64,000 bases of DNA from Macrostomum lignano (taxonomy: Eukaryota). Numbering within the stretch: the first letter of the stretch is position 1; each line of letters opens with the position of its first letter. Location: positions 32,544-96,543 of the forward strand of contig NIVC01001648.1 in the NCBI GenBank assembly GCA_002269645.1. The letters are read 5' to 3'. Positions 1 through 13,363 of the stretch are shown in pieces. Below the pieces are notes generated by a model, which had not been told where the DNA came from, ran no database searches, and saw only the letters and a list, made by a program, of their open reading frames with translations. The translations under genes and the position numbers were made by a program.

Positions 1-718
<718 letters not shown>

Positions 719-1222
719 AGTAGTGAATTGGTACAGCACACTAACATCAAAATGTAAGCTAGGCATGACGGCATGTGAGCTCTGGCAAAAACTCGCCATT
801 CCCATTTTGCTCTCTCAGGATAACTCAGTCTCTCTGTGTGTGTCTGTGCCCGCTCTCAGAACTCAGAACTGTTCGCAAGAGGCGCCACCGCGAAATTGGG
901 AGAAATTGGCCTCTGGATTGGGACGAGAGAAAGAGTGAGGAGTGAGGGAGTTGGAGCAAGAGTGGGGACAGTTTTAGATGGGACAGGCTGAGGGGAGAAG
1001 GGGAGAGAGTTCGCGGCCAAAGTGTGTCGGGGGCGCAAAATTCGGGCCTACTTTTCCCTTATTTTGCCCCGCGGCCATTCTCAGCCCAATGCAGCAGCAT
1101 CAGGCAGGCAGTCCGGCTGAAACCGAGAACTGAACTCAGCCCCGTGCTTCGCCAGGCTCTCTTTAGCTCGCCCTGATTCGCACGCGCCCATCGCAGCCCG
1201 AGATTGCAAACAGTGTCGAATA

Positions 1223-2250
1223 AGAGAGTGGGGAGAGAGTGAGGGAGAGAGTGAGAGAGAGTGGGGGAGAGAGTGGGGGAGAGAGTGGGGAGAGAGTGAG
1301 AGAGAGTGGGGAGAGAGTGGGGGAGAGAGTGGGGGAGAGAGTGGGGGAGAGAGTGGGGGAGAGAGTGGGGGAGAGAGTGGGGGAGAGAGTGAGAGAGAGT
1401 GAGGGAGAGAGTGGGGGAGAGAGTGGGAGAGAGTGAGGGAGAGAGTGGGGGAGAGAGTGGGGGAGAGAGTGGGGGAGAGAGTGGGGAGAGAGTGAGGGAG
1501 AGAGTGAGGGAGAGAGTGGGGAGAGAGTGAGGGAGAGAGTGAGGGAGAGAGTGGGGAGAGTGAGGGAGAGAGTGGGGGAGAGAGTGGAGGAAAGAGTGAG
1601 GGAGAGAGTGGAGGAGAGAGTGAGGGAGAGTGAGGGAGAGAGTGAGAGAGAGTGAGGGAGAGAGTGGGGAGAGAGTGGGGAGAGAGTGGGGAGAGAGTGA
1701 GAGAGAGTGGGGGAGAGAGTGGGGGAGAGAGTGGGGAGAGAGTGAGAGAGAGTGGGGGAGAGAGTGGGGGAGAGAGTGGGGGAGAGAGTGAGAGAGAGTG
1801 GGGGAGAGAGTGAGAGAGAGTGGGGGAGAGAGTGGGGGAGAGAGTGGGGGAGAGAGTGAGGGAGAGAGTGAGAGAGAGTGAGGGAGAGAGTGGGGGGGGG
1901 AGAGTGAGGGAGAGAGTGAGGGAGAGTGAGGGAGAGAGTGGGGGAGAGAGTGGAGGAGAGAGTGAGGGAGAGTGAGAGAGAGTGAGGGAGAGAGTGGGGG
2001 AGAGAGTGAGGGAGAGAGTGAGGGAGAGTGAGGGAGAGAGTGGGGGAGAGAGTGAGGGAGAGAGTGAGAGAGAGTGGGGGAGAGAGTGAGGGAGAGAGTG
2101 AGGGAGAGTGAGGGAGAGAGTGGGGGAGAGAGTGAGGGAGAGAGTGAGGGAGAGTGAGGGAGAGAGTGGGGGAGAGAGTGGGGGAGAGAGTGGGGAGAGA
2201 GTGGGGGAGAGAGTGGGGGAGAGAGTGGGGGAGAGAGTGGGGGAGAGAGA
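1223..2250 (+). repeat. Purine-rich ~12-bp repeat (GAGAGAGTGGGG)
   Basis: Direct inspection. Confidence 0.95.
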
Positions 2251-2508
2251 GGGTAAAGACAGTTAAACGCCCCGCGGATTTCTTCTGCTAGTCAGCTTTT
2301 CCCTTGTTTTTAGCAGTACGGATAGCTGCTGTTTCTCTAGCTGGAGAATCTCTTGCAGAAGATCGAGTGGCAGAAATTGCTTTAAAGACTTAGATAGAAG
2401 ATTCAGCATGTCAGGCAGCAGAGGCAATCAGGGGAGCTAAAAAATCAATTTTCGATCATCTCTTACTTTATCAGGCAATCAAAGCGCATTCGGCATCAAG
2501 CAACTCAC

Positions 2509-2664
2509 GTAGGTGTCCGGGTGCAACTTCACCAAGAATTTCTTCCGCTTAAAGCTCAGCTTGCGGATCTTGGCCCAGCTGAATGTGTTCACTCTGACGG
2601 CGCCTTGGAACACAAGCACGCCCGGGTGCGCCACCGCCAGGTTCAGCGGGAGACCGTCGTGGTC
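2509..2664 (-). CDS. FARP: FARP-like exon 7 (FERM C-lobe); downstream exons not found in window
   Basis: ttttag|[52 protein letters not shown]|gtgagt; contains the hallmark [14 protein letters not shown] motif. Confidence 0.94.
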
Positions 2665-2774
2665 CTAAAAATAGATAGGAGACTCTCTGTAAAGCTTAGG
2701 GATTTGGATTCTCCTGAGTAGCCTAGGGATTTGGATTCCCTGTGTCGATTTAAGATTTGGGGTTCCCCTTTGTT

Positions 2775-3262
2775 ATTTCGGGATTGGGATTCCCCTGTGT
2801 AACTTAGGCATTGGGATTCCCCCTGTGTAACTTAGGAATTGGGATTCCCCTGTGTAACTTAGGCATTGAGATTTCCCTGTGTAACTTAGGCATTGGGATT
2901 CCCCTGTGTAACGTAGGAATTGGGATTCCCCTGTGTAACTTAGGCATTGGGATTCCCCCTGTGTAACTTAGGCATTGGGATTCCCCCTGTGTAACTTAGG
3001 CATTGGGATTCCCCTGTGTAACTTAGGCATTGAGATTTCCCTGTGTAACTTAGGCATTGGGATTCCCCTGTGTAACGTAGGAATTGGGATTCCCCTGTGT
3101 AACTTAGGCATTGAGATTCCCCCTGTGTAACTTAGGCATTGGGATTCCCCCTGTGTAACTTAGGCATTGGGATTCCCCCTGTGTAACTTAGGCATTGGGA
3201 TTCCCCCTGTGTAACTTAGGAATTGGGATTCCCCTGTGTAAATTAAGCATTGGGATTCCCCA
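2775..3262 (+). repeat. 27-28-bp minisatellite GGGATTCCCCTGTGTAACTTAGGCATT
   Basis: About 17 tandem units in FARP intron 6. Confidence 0.95.
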
Positions 3263-3914
3263 GTACCACAGGGTAGGATAAGGGGGTACCATTTAGCTTA
3301 AAAATGCTTGTTAAACCGAGCTTCGGACTGTGGAGATCTTAATCTCTATACAAGACTCACAGACTGCAAGAGTTTGGGTCCTTGAACTTGAGAGCAATAG
3401 TCTATAAAGACAGACAGTGCCATTCAGCCCCGCATCGTCAATAGCAAAATCAAAAGACAAGAGGCCTCATTCTAAGCAAAATAAAATCAATGACCAAAAC
3501 ATTTTGCCGTTCCTTTAGGCCTTGTCAATCAAATTTATTCTCCTCACCTGTCCGCACAGTTTCCCAGCCCAGGCCCCGGCTAAAGTCCATCTGATCAATG
3601 AATGAATCAATGACGTCCCAATCAGAGGGAGAAGTTCCCCCTCCCCACGGTGGTCTCCGGAGATGCTTTGTGGGGCTCATTTACAAACCGCTGCACTGAG
3701 CTGGCCATTCCAGCACCGAGATTGGAGCTGGGCCTTGCTTGGCGCAATCAATTCCAAAAACTCTTTTAAAACCTTTTAGTCGGAAAGCTTTTCTCTAAAC
3801 ACTTCTATGGGCTTTTATTGGTCCATAAAAGGAGTTCGCTAATTTTTTATCTTAAGGGCCCGGGTAAATAATCTGGCTGCTGGACAGGTAAGTGAGAAAA
3901 GGAGGAATAGATAG

Positions 3915-4716
3915 AATGAGACGAGAGAGGAGATGAGATATGGGATGATGAAAGAGAGGAGATGAGAGATGAGAGAAGAGGGGAGAGAGGAGACAAAGGA
4001 GGAGAGAAGAGAGGAGAAGAGGGGAGAGGGGAGAGAAGAGAAGAGATGAGAGGAGAGAGAAGAGAGGAGAAGAGGGGAGAGGGGAGAGAAGAGGGGAGAG
4101 GGGAGAGAAGAGGGGAGAGGGGAGAGAAGAGGAGAGGGTTAGAGAAGAGGGGAGAGAGGAGAGGCGAGAAGAGAGGGGGAGACAAAAGAGGAAAGAGAAA
4201 AGGCGAGAAGAGAGGAGAGTGGATTGAAGAAAAGAGAGAGGAGAGGGTTAGAGAAGAGGGGAGAGAGGAGAGGCAAGAAGAGAGGAGGGAGAGAGGAGAG
4301 AAGAGAGGAAGAGAGGAGAGGGGAGAGAAGAGGAGAGAGAAGAGAGGAGAGAAGAGAGGAGAGAAAAAAAAGAGGAGAAGAGAGGAGAGGGGAGAGGGGA
4401 GAGAAGAGAGGGAGAGAAAAAGAGGTGAGAGAGGAGAGGCGAGAAGAGAGAAGAGAGAAGAGGCGAGAAGAAAGAAGAGAGGAGAGGGGAGAGAGGAGAG
4501 AGGAGAGGAGAGGGGAGAGAAGAGGGAAGAGAAGAGAGGGGGAGAGAAGAGGGGAGGGGCGAGAAGAGAGAAGGGAAAGAAGAAGGAGAGAGGAGAGGAG
4601 AGGGGAGAGAAGAGGGAAGAGAAGAGAGGGGGAGAGAAGAGGGGAGGGGCGAGAAGAGAGAAGGGAAAGAAGAAGGAGAGAGGAGAGGAGAGGGGAGAGA
4701 AGAGAGCTGAGAAGAG
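3915..4716 (+). repeat. GA-rich low-complexity repeat
   Basis: Direct inspection. Confidence 0.93.
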
Positions 4717-4993
4717 ACACAAACGTTGAGCTGGCCGGATTGGCGTTGTGAAGTTTCAAAGGACCCGAGGACTTGAGTTGGCGGACCCCTGGTCCATAGC
4801 CTGATGAAATGAGACCAGCCATAGACACCCTGCGTGAGCGCATCAGCGGAATGTAACCTGACTGCTAGCTTCTTTATTCATATAACTAAACTATGAATAA
4901 CTTAAGTCCCAAACTCATGTATAGACTTCATCCACGCAAATCATGCATCCTCTGCCCCATCTGTCTCCCCGGAGTCTCCGGGCTGCCACATAC

Positions 4994-5081
4994 CCGAGCG
5001 GCGTGCAGGCGCACCCCGTAGAGTTCGACCTTGCGCACGGTGTCCAGCAGGCTGTATTCCGCGTCCTCGGGTGACAGGCCG
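4994..5081 (-). CDS. FARP: FARP-like exon 6
   Basis: ctccag|F-GLSPEDAEYSLLDTVRKVELYGVRLHAAR|gtatgt; phase 2-0; follows an 87-nt intron. Confidence 0.92.
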
Positions 5082-5168
5082 CTGGAGATATGCAAATTCA
5101 AGTCTTATCTTCATAAATCTGGATTGGGACAGCCACTTATGCACTTTCATTAATATATTCCAACTCAC

Positions 5169-5295
5169 AAGTGCGCCCGATGATACTCCATCACTTTTCT
5201 GAGCAGCTCGTCTGAGACCGGCTCGGGCAGCACCTTCACCTGGGTCAGGTAGAGCGCGTCCAGGTATTCGTCCTCTAGGTAGTCGCCGATCTCCG
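5169..5295 (-). CDS. FARP: FARP-like exon 5
   Basis: ctacag|A-EIGDYLEDEYLDALYLTQVKVLPEPVSDELLRKVMEYHRAH|gtgagt; phase 1-2. Confidence 0.92.
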
Positions 5296-5419
5296 CTGTA
5301 GAAGAGGGAAGAAGCAGAAAGTTTTCAGTTAATTTATTGGGGTGTCAGGAAAAATATCTGGGTGCCATTAAATGCATAGGGGTAAACAAAAGTTTTTAAA
5401 AAGGCTGTCAGAAACTATG

Positions 5420-5985
5420 CGGGATGTCAGGAAAGTCAACGGAGTGTCAGGAACTTTTCGGGGTGTCAGGAAAGTCATCGGGGTGTCAGGAACTATTCGG
5501 GGTGTCAGGAAAGTCAACGGAGTGTCAGGAACTATTCGGGGTGTCAGGAACTATTCGGGGTGTCAGGAAAGTCATCGGGGTGTCAGGAACTTTTCGGGGT
5601 GTCAGGAAAGTCATTGGGGTGTCAGGAAAGTCATCGGGGTGTCAAGAAAGTCATCGAGGTGTCAGGAAAGTCATCGGGGTGTCAGGAAAGTCATCGGGGT
5701 GTCAGGAAAGTCATCGGGGTGTCAGGAAAGTCATCGAGGTGTCAGGAAAGTCATCGGGGTGTCAGGAAATATTCGGGGTATCAGGAAAGTCATCGGGGTG
5801 TCAGGAAATATTCGGGGTATCAGGAAAGTCATCGGGGTGTCAGGAAAGTCATCGGGGGTCAGGAACTATTCGAAGTGTCAAGAAAGTCATCGAGGTGTCA
5901 GGAAAGTCATCGGGGTGTCAGGAAAGTCATCGAGGTGTCAGGAAAGTCATCGGGGTGTCAGGAACTATTCGAGGTATTAGGAAAG
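5420..5985 (+). repeat. 20-bp minisatellite GGGGTGTCAGGAAAGTCATC
   Basis: About 28 units. Confidence 0.95.
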
Positions 5986-6944
5986 CCACCGGCGTGCTGC
6001 AGACCAAATGCAAATTGTAAAAACTACTGCCTGCAATCAGACAGAACATTTTGCATTGCAGTGGCGAACACTTAAAAAGTTTGCAACATCTGACTCGCGA
6101 CATTTCCCAAAAGCATCCGGTCACAAATTTCTGCGAAGTTTTAACAGCCAACTCGAAAAAAAATTAGAAAACATCTTGTAGTTGACTTCAGTCGCTGCTA
6201 TGCCATGTAAACTATTAAATCAAAACACCTTGGCCCGATACAACAGGAACTCATGGAATCCTAGGCCCAAACATCTGGGAAAAGCTAACTCTCCCCATTC
6301 CTGACCCAGCTAAAACTTCCAGCATTCCGCGGCAAAGCACAAAGCAGGACTGACAACTCCAGCAGAATGGCAGCGCCAGTTCTCAGGTGCTAAATGAAAA
6401 ACTATAAGTTGGGCTCCAGCCGCCATACAATAATTATTTTAGTGGACGCACTTCAGCCTGGCAAGCCGGGGCTGGGACAGCACAGGCGGGAAGGGGGAGA
6501 ATCAGTGCACACCAGACCGAATCCTCCTTTCCCTTTATCTGGCTGGCAGGCAGCCAAGCAAGAATTCCAGAAGGGGAGGTCAACCAACAACGCAGGAGCG
6601 GCTGCAGCAGGCCTTTGGGGAAATCGCGCTTCAGCATCATCAAAAAAAACTCCAGCTTTCTACCCGTCATCCCGCCTGGCCTGTCTGTGGACTGGGGGCG
6701 TTTCTTCGCACCGTGGGAGGAAACAAAGGGCTAAAGGGGGGATGGGAGAGACTGTTCCAGCCGGTGCGAACCGAGAATGGCGGGTTTGCAGCACTAAACT
6801 AAAGTGAATGCGATAGTTATTGCAAACTGAACGCTGGGATCCCAGGATTAATATCCCGAGTGAGACTCATTCTAGTCCCAGATCCCGAATGAGGCTAATT
6901 CTAGTCCCAGATCCCGAATGAGGCTAATTCTAGTGATTCTATCT

Positions 6945-7288
6945 TTTTTTTAGAGGCAGGGGGGTTGTGTGCACCCTGGCGCAATTTAAGCGTCATTGGC
7001 ACACAACCGGCGAGAGGCATTACTGCCCATTCCGCCGACTCCCCTGATCAGGCATACAAGCGCGCAGGCACACACTCACACAGGAGTGTACAGCGGCCCT
7101 AACTTTATCAATTGTTAGGCATGTACACTTCACTGCGCCTTGGGGGGGTTGGCTCTCAAGGCCGTTAATTGCACAAGCGAGCCAAGCCAAGATTCCAATC
7201 CAGCCCCAAATTAATGTGGCTGCACTTGGAATCGAGCCTGGGTCGCGGCACACCAGAGCAGCTGCGCTACCGCTGGGCTACGGCCCCC
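6945..7288 (-). mobile_element. tRNA-derived SINE, about 345 bp, with 16-bp target-site duplication
   Basis: The minus strand starts GGGGGCCG, has A-box TAGCCCAGCGG and B-box GGCTCGATTCC, and ends in a short A tail (T run at 6945-6951 on +). TSD TCTAGTGATTCTATCT at 6929-6944 and 7289-7304. Confidence 0.82.
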
Positions 7289-7314
7289 TCTAGTGATTCT
7301 ATCTACTGATTTCC

Positions 7315-8182
7315 CTCCCTCTCTTCTCACGTCTCAGTACATCTCATCTCTCTCCCTCTCTGCTCTTATCTCTCTCCCTTTGTACTCTCACATCCGTCTC
7401 TGCTCTCATCTCTCTCCCTCTCTGCTCTCATCTCTCTTCCTCTCTGCTCTCATCTCTCTCCCTCTCTGCTCTCATCTCTCTTCCTCTCTGCTCTCATCTC
7501 TCTCCCTCTCTGTTCTCATCTCTCCCTCTCTGTTCTCATCTCTCCCTCTGGTCTCATCTCCCTCCCTCTGGTCTCATCTCTCTCCCTCTGCTCTCATCTC
7601 TCTCCCTCTCTGCTCTTATCTCTCCCTCTCTGCTCTCATCTCTCTCCCTCTCTGCTCTCATCTCTCTCCCTCTCTGTTCTCATCTCTCCCTCTCTGTTCT
7701 CATCTCTCCCTCTGGTCTCATCTCCCTCTCTGCTCTCATTTCTCTCCCTCTCTGCTCTCATCTCTCTCCCTCTCTGCTCTCATCTCTCTCCCTCTCTGCT
7801 CTCATCTCTCTCTCCTTCTCTGCTCTTATCTCTCCCTCTCTGTTCTCATCTCTCCCTCTCTGTTCTCATCTCTCCCTCTGGTCTCATCTCCCTCCCTCCC
7901 TCTGTTCTCATCTCTTTCCCTCTCTGCTCTCATCTCTCTCCCTCTCTGCTCTCATCTCTCTCCCTCTCTGCTTTCATCTCTCTCTCCCTCTCTGCTCTTA
8001 TCTCTCTCTCCCTCTCTGCTCTCATCTCTCTCCCTCTGGTCTCATCTCTCTCCCTATCTGCTCTCATCTCTCTCCCTCCCTGCTCTCATCTCTCTTCCTC
8101 CCTGCTCTCATCTCTCTCCCTCTCTGTCTCATCTCCCTCCCTCTCTGTCTCATCTCTCTCCCTCTCTGCTCTCATCTCTTTT
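7315..8182 (+). repeat. CT-rich ~20-22-bp repeat (CTCTCTCCCTCTCTGCTCTCAT)
   Basis: Direct inspection; starts about 10 bp after the SINE TSD. Confidence 0.93.
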
Positions 8183-8847
8183 CACACCATCGCTTATCCT
8201 GCCTATTTGACTAAGCTATTTGATGTGTCTCTCAGGTTTCTCATCTTAGCTTTTAGTCCATTCTGTGCGATTTCTATAATTAGTTGTTGCCGCTGGCTTC
8301 CCAGTAATGGACAGAGAAAAGGTAGAACGGGAGATTTTGAGCCAAGAATAGCCCAGCGCTAACTCAGGTGCGACGGAGTAGGAACTCACCACTCCAGCAA
8401 CCCCCAGTTACCCCACTCAACTCAGCAACTGCTCACCTTCCTAGCGCTTTTTTAGTCAGACGACTGACTGACTGGATTGAGAACTGGGGATTTCAGCTTT
8501 TACTGCGATTGCATCGTATAATTTCAGACTCAAACAATACTATACATACGACAGAGGCCGGCTCTGAACACGGTTTGGGAAGAAAATCCCCGCAGCAGCT
8601 CAGCCAGAGTGGATTCAATAAATCAAAAGGCGAACATTTATGAGCTGGCCCAACCGATTCCTATGCCGATTTTATCTTTTGATCAACCTGGCTGACAGTG
8701 CGTACCTGCCACTGCGCTATGGGGATTTACAGGAGCGGAATTTTGTGCTTTTTGTGAGGGGATTTCCTGAGGTCAGCTGGCCCACCCATGGACCCCCTCG
8801 ATCGGCCACTGCCCACAAACTTGAAGAAAGATGTCTGCCTGTCTGAC

Positions 8848-9360
8848 TCATTGTCTCAGTGTCTGTCTGGCTGTCTCAGTATCTGTCTCAGTGTCTGTCT
8901 CAGTGTCTGTCTCAGTGTCTGTCTCAGTGTCTGTCTCAGTGTCTGTCTCAGTGTCTGTCTCAGTGTCTGCCTCAGTGTCTGTCTCAGTGTCTGTCTCAGT
9001 GTCTGTCTCAGTGTCTGCCTCAGTGTCTGTCTCAGTGTCTGTCTCAGTGTCTGTCTCAGTGTCTGCCTCAGTGTCTGTCTCAGTGTCTGTCTTAGTGTCT
9101 GACTCAGTGTCTGACTCAGTGTCTGACTCAGTGTCTGACTCAGTGTCTGTCTCAGTGTCTGTCTTAGTGTCTGACTCAGTGTCTGTTTCAGTGTCTGACT
9201 CAGTGTCTGACTCAGTGTCTGTTTGTGTCTGCCCGTCTGTCTCAGCGTCTGTCTCAGTGTCTGCCTCAGTGCCTGTCTCAGTGCCGTAGTGCCCGCCTCA
9301 TTGCCTGTCTCAGTGCCTGTCTCATTGCCTGTCTCAGTGCTTCTCTCAGTGTCTGCCTTT
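8848..9360 (+). repeat. 12-bp minisatellite CTCAGTGTCTGT
   Basis: Direct inspection. Confidence 0.95.
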
Positions 9361-9401
9361 GTGCCCGCGCCCAGAAGGCAGTCGGGCAGGCAGTGACTCA
9401 C

Positions 9402-9499
9402 CCTGCACCAGATACGAGGCAAGCAGAGCCGTTGTATTCTCGCTGCATGGCAGCAAGCCGTTGATGAGGTCCCGTTTAATTTGCAGTGAGAATAGGAAC
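9402..9499 (-). CDS. FARP: FARP-like exon 4
   Basis: acacag|[33 protein letters not shown]|gtgagt; phase 2-1. Confidence 0.93.
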
Positions 9500-9594
9500 C
9501 TGTGTTCGATGAGAAATACAGCATCAATTGTTATCCAAATTATGAGGCTAGTAAAGTCTGTAAAACACTAAACTTTATTAAAAATCTCCCTCAC

Positions 9595-9716
9595 CTGGTG
9601 AACTCATCCTCCAACAGGTGCGGATCCGGTGGATAGAATTTAACGGAGAAGTAGAACACCAGCTCGATGGAGGAGGGGCATTGCTTTGGCAGCGTTTTCG
9701 AATGATCCAGCCAGCA
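9595..9716 (-). CDS. FARP: FARP-like exon 3
   Basis: ccgcag|CWLDHSKTLPKQCPSSIELVFYFSVKFYPPDPHLLEDEFT-R|gtgagg; contains the FERM VKFYPPDP motif; phase 0-2. Confidence 0.93.
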
Positions 9717-9782
9717 CTGCGGGTTCGAGTTGAGTTCGCTTTATTGGGCAACGCAACTGCAGGCGCGGACTGAGAGCTTTCT

Positions 9783-11645
9783 TGAGACAGGGTGAGAGTG
9801 AGACTGGGTGAGAGGGAGACTGGGTGAGAGGGAGACTGGGTGAGAGGGAGACAGGGTGAGAGTGAGACAGGGTGAAAGAGTGACACAGGGTGAGAGAGTG
9901 AGACAGGGTGAAAGAGTGACACAGGGTGAGAGAGTGAGACAGGGTGAGGGTGAGACAGGGTGAGAGTGAGACTGGGTGAGAGTGAGACTGGGTGAGAGTG
10001 AGACAGGGTGAAAGAGTGAGACAGGGTGAGAGTGAGACTGGGTGAGAGTGAGACAGGGTGAGGGTGAGACAGGGTGAGAGTGAGACTGGGTGAGAGTGAG
10101 ACTGGGTGAGAGTGAGACTGGGTGAGAGTGAGACTGGATGAGAGTGAGACTGAGTGAGAGGGAGACTGGGTGAGAGGGAGACTGGGTGAGAGGGAGACTG
10201 GGTGAGAGTGAGACAGGGTGAAAGAGTGAGACAGAGTGAGAGTGAGACTGGGTGAGAGTGAGACAGGGTGAAAGAGTGACACAGGGTGAGAGAGTGAGAC
10301 AGGGTGAGGGTGAGACAGGGTGAGAGTGAGACTGGGTGAGAGGGAGACTGGGTGAGAGTGAGACAGGGTGAAGAGTGACACAGGGTGAGAGAGTGAGACA
10401 GGGTGAGGGTGAGACAGGGTGAGAGTGAGACTGGGTGAGAGTGAGACTGGGTGAGAGTGAGACTGGGTGAGAGTGAGACTGGGTGAGAGTGAGACTGAGA
10501 CTGGGTGAGAGTGAGACTGAGTGAGAGTGAGACTGGGTGAGAGGAAGACTGGGTGAGAGTGAGACTGGGTGAGACTGAGACAGGGTGAGAGTGAGACAGG
10601 GTGAGAGTGAGACTGGATGAGAGTGAGACTGGGTGAGACTGAGACTGGGTGAGGGTGAGACTGGGAGAGAGTGAGACTGGGTGAGAGTGAGACTGGGTGA
10701 GAGTGAGACTGGGTGAGAGTGAGACTGAGACTGGGTGAGAGTGAGACTGAGTGAGAGTGAGACTGGGTGAGAGGAAGACTGGGTGAGAGTGAGACTGGGT
10801 GAGACTGAGACAGGGTGAGAGTGAGACAGGGTGAGAGTGAGACTGGATGAGAGTGAGACTGGGTGAGACTGAGACTGGGTGAGGGTGAGACTGGGAGAGA
10901 GTGAGACTGGGAGAGAGTGAGACTGGGTGAGAGTGAGACAGAGGGTGAGAGAGAGTGAGACAGGGTGAAAGAGTGAGACAGGGTGAGGGTGAGACAGGGT
11001 GAGAGTGAGACAGGGTGAGGGTGAGACAGGGTGAGAGTGAGACAGGGTGAGAGTGAGACGGGGAGAGTGAGACAGGGTGAGAGTGAGACGGGGAGAGTGA
11101 GACAGGGTGAGAATGAGACAGGGTGAGAGAGTGAGACAGGGTGAGAGAGTGAGACAGGGTGAGAGTGAGACAGGGTCAAAGTGAGACAGGGTGAGAGAGT
11201 GAGACAGGGTGAGAGTGAGACGGGGAGAGTGAGACAGGGTGAGAGTGAGACGGGGAGAGTGAGACAGGGTGAGAATGAGACAGGGTGAGAGAGTGAGACA
11301 GGGTGAGAGAGTGAGACAGGGTGAGAGTGAGACAGGGTCAAAGTGAGACAGGGTGAGAGAGTGAGACAGGGTGAGAGAGTGAGACAGGGTGAGAGTGAGA
11401 CAGGGTCAAAGTGAGACAGGGTGAGAGTGAGACAGGGTCAAAGTGAGACAGGGTGAGAGTGAGACAGGGTCAAAGTGAGACAGGGTGAGAGTGAGACAGG
11501 GTCAAAGTGAGACAGGGTGAGAGTGAGACAGGGTCAAAGTGAGACAGGGTGAGAGTGAGACAGGGTCAAAGTGAGACAGGGTGAGAGTGAGACAGGGTCA
11601 AAGTGAGACAGGGTCAAAGTGAGACAGGGTGAGAGTGAGACAGGG
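9783..11645 (+). repeat. 16/18-bp minisatellite GAGACAGGGTGAGAGT / GAGACTGGGTGAGAGT
   Basis: Fills most of FARP intron 2. Confidence 0.95.
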
Positions 11646-11724
11646 AGGCATGATGACGTTGAGTCAGTCACACAGACCGCTAATTAAACAAGACTAAAGC
11701 TGCAAACAAGAACCGCAGACGCAC

Positions 11725-11829
11725 CTGGCGACCCTCCTTGGACAGGAATTCCAAGTCGAAATAGTCAATCTCAAGCAGCCGCAGCTTCTTCACAACCGCA
11801 TTGAACAGTTCTTGGCCGAGCACGCGGCA
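11725..11829 (-). CDS. FARP: FARP-like exon 2 (FERM N-lobe)
   Basis: ttgcag|CRVLGQELFNAVVKKLRLLEIDYFDLEFLSKEGRQ|gtgcgt; 105 nt, phase 0-0. Confidence 0.92.
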
Positions 11830-12324
11830 CTGCAAATCCAAGCGTAGGCATTTAGAAAACAACAAGACAGCTACATTACAAACTGTGCAACCCCGCCAAT
11901 GCTCTGATGTTCAGCTATCACACTTGATGTGGAAAAGCGTGACCAGCGGCTTGCACGGCTGGCTGACTGGGCAAAGTTGAGAGCTGGGCTGCTACAGGGC
12001 TTCATTAATAATCCGGCCATATTAAATTACTGGACAGAAGAATCGGCAGAGCCGGCTTGGCGCCGGATCGATAATCGAATTGTAGGCGGAGGGCTCGGGC
12101 ATCGGGCCGGCAATCAGGAAGCCGGCGGGCGGGGCGGCTAATCACGGCTATCAGATGGGCCGGCTTACTAATCAGTCAGGTTGCTTTCGCTGCTGAGGCT
12201 TAAACTGGTGCTGCATCATTTATTATTTGTTGACTGTCAGGGGGGGGGGCTGGAGTGAAGCGCTGCTCAAATAGAATCTCCAAGCAAGGGCCACACCTGG
12301 CCAATATTCGGATTGCTCTCACGG

Positions 12325-12626
12325 ACTCCAGCCTTCACAAGATTAAAGCTCGAACCTTCACAAGATTGAAGCTCCAGCCTTCACAAGATTGAAGCTCCAG
12401 CCTTCACAATATTGAAGCTCCAGCCTTCACAATATTGAAGCTCCAGCCTTCACAAGATTGAAGCTCCAGCCTTCACAATATTGAAGCTCCAGCCTTCACA
12501 AGATTGAAGCTCCAGCCTTCACAAGATTGAAGCTCCAGCCTTCACAAGATTGAAGCTCCAGCCTTCACAAGATTGAAGCTCCAGCCTTCACAAGATTGAA
12601 GCTCCAGCCTTCACAAGATTGAAGCT
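12325..12626 (+). repeat. 23-bp minisatellite CCAGCCTTCACAAGATTGAAGCT
   Basis: About 13 units, each with an internal CTTCA/TGAAG stem. Confidence 0.95.
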
Positions 12627-12636
12627 CGAACTTTCA

Positions 12637-13038
<402 letters not shown>

Positions 13039-13363
13039 CTCTAAAAAAGCTTGACGAGCTCGAAAAATCACTGCAAACATTCGTGGCCACTCGACTGTTT
13101 TAGTGGTTGCTAAAGTTCACTGAAAGTTTGTGGGACAACAGACCGAGATTTTTACCAGTTTGACAAAACCTTTATATAATTATATCCTGGAGGCGGCTGC
13201 TGGTATCGCAGAGCCCAGACTGGCATGCTGCTGCTTAATGCTTTGGCGTGGCAGCAAAAATTCAAGCCAGAGAAAAACAAAACTAGAAAAAGGCGCGCAA
13301 CTCGTAAAGTTCATCGCAGGACGCGGAGAGTGAGAGAGAGACAGATAGTCTGCAGCAGAAGTA

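Noticed and set aside
718-2500. Next FARP exon (expected DTxEF...CKxFWK..VE.H.FF)
   Set aside because: No matching frame with splice sites was found; the MASFCQ similarity near 790 looks coincidental. The exon probably lies left of the window.
7215-7288. Functional tRNA gene
   Set aside because: It has a tRNA-like head only, followed by a SINE body, A tail and TSD; the B-box deviates and there is no clear acceptor stem.
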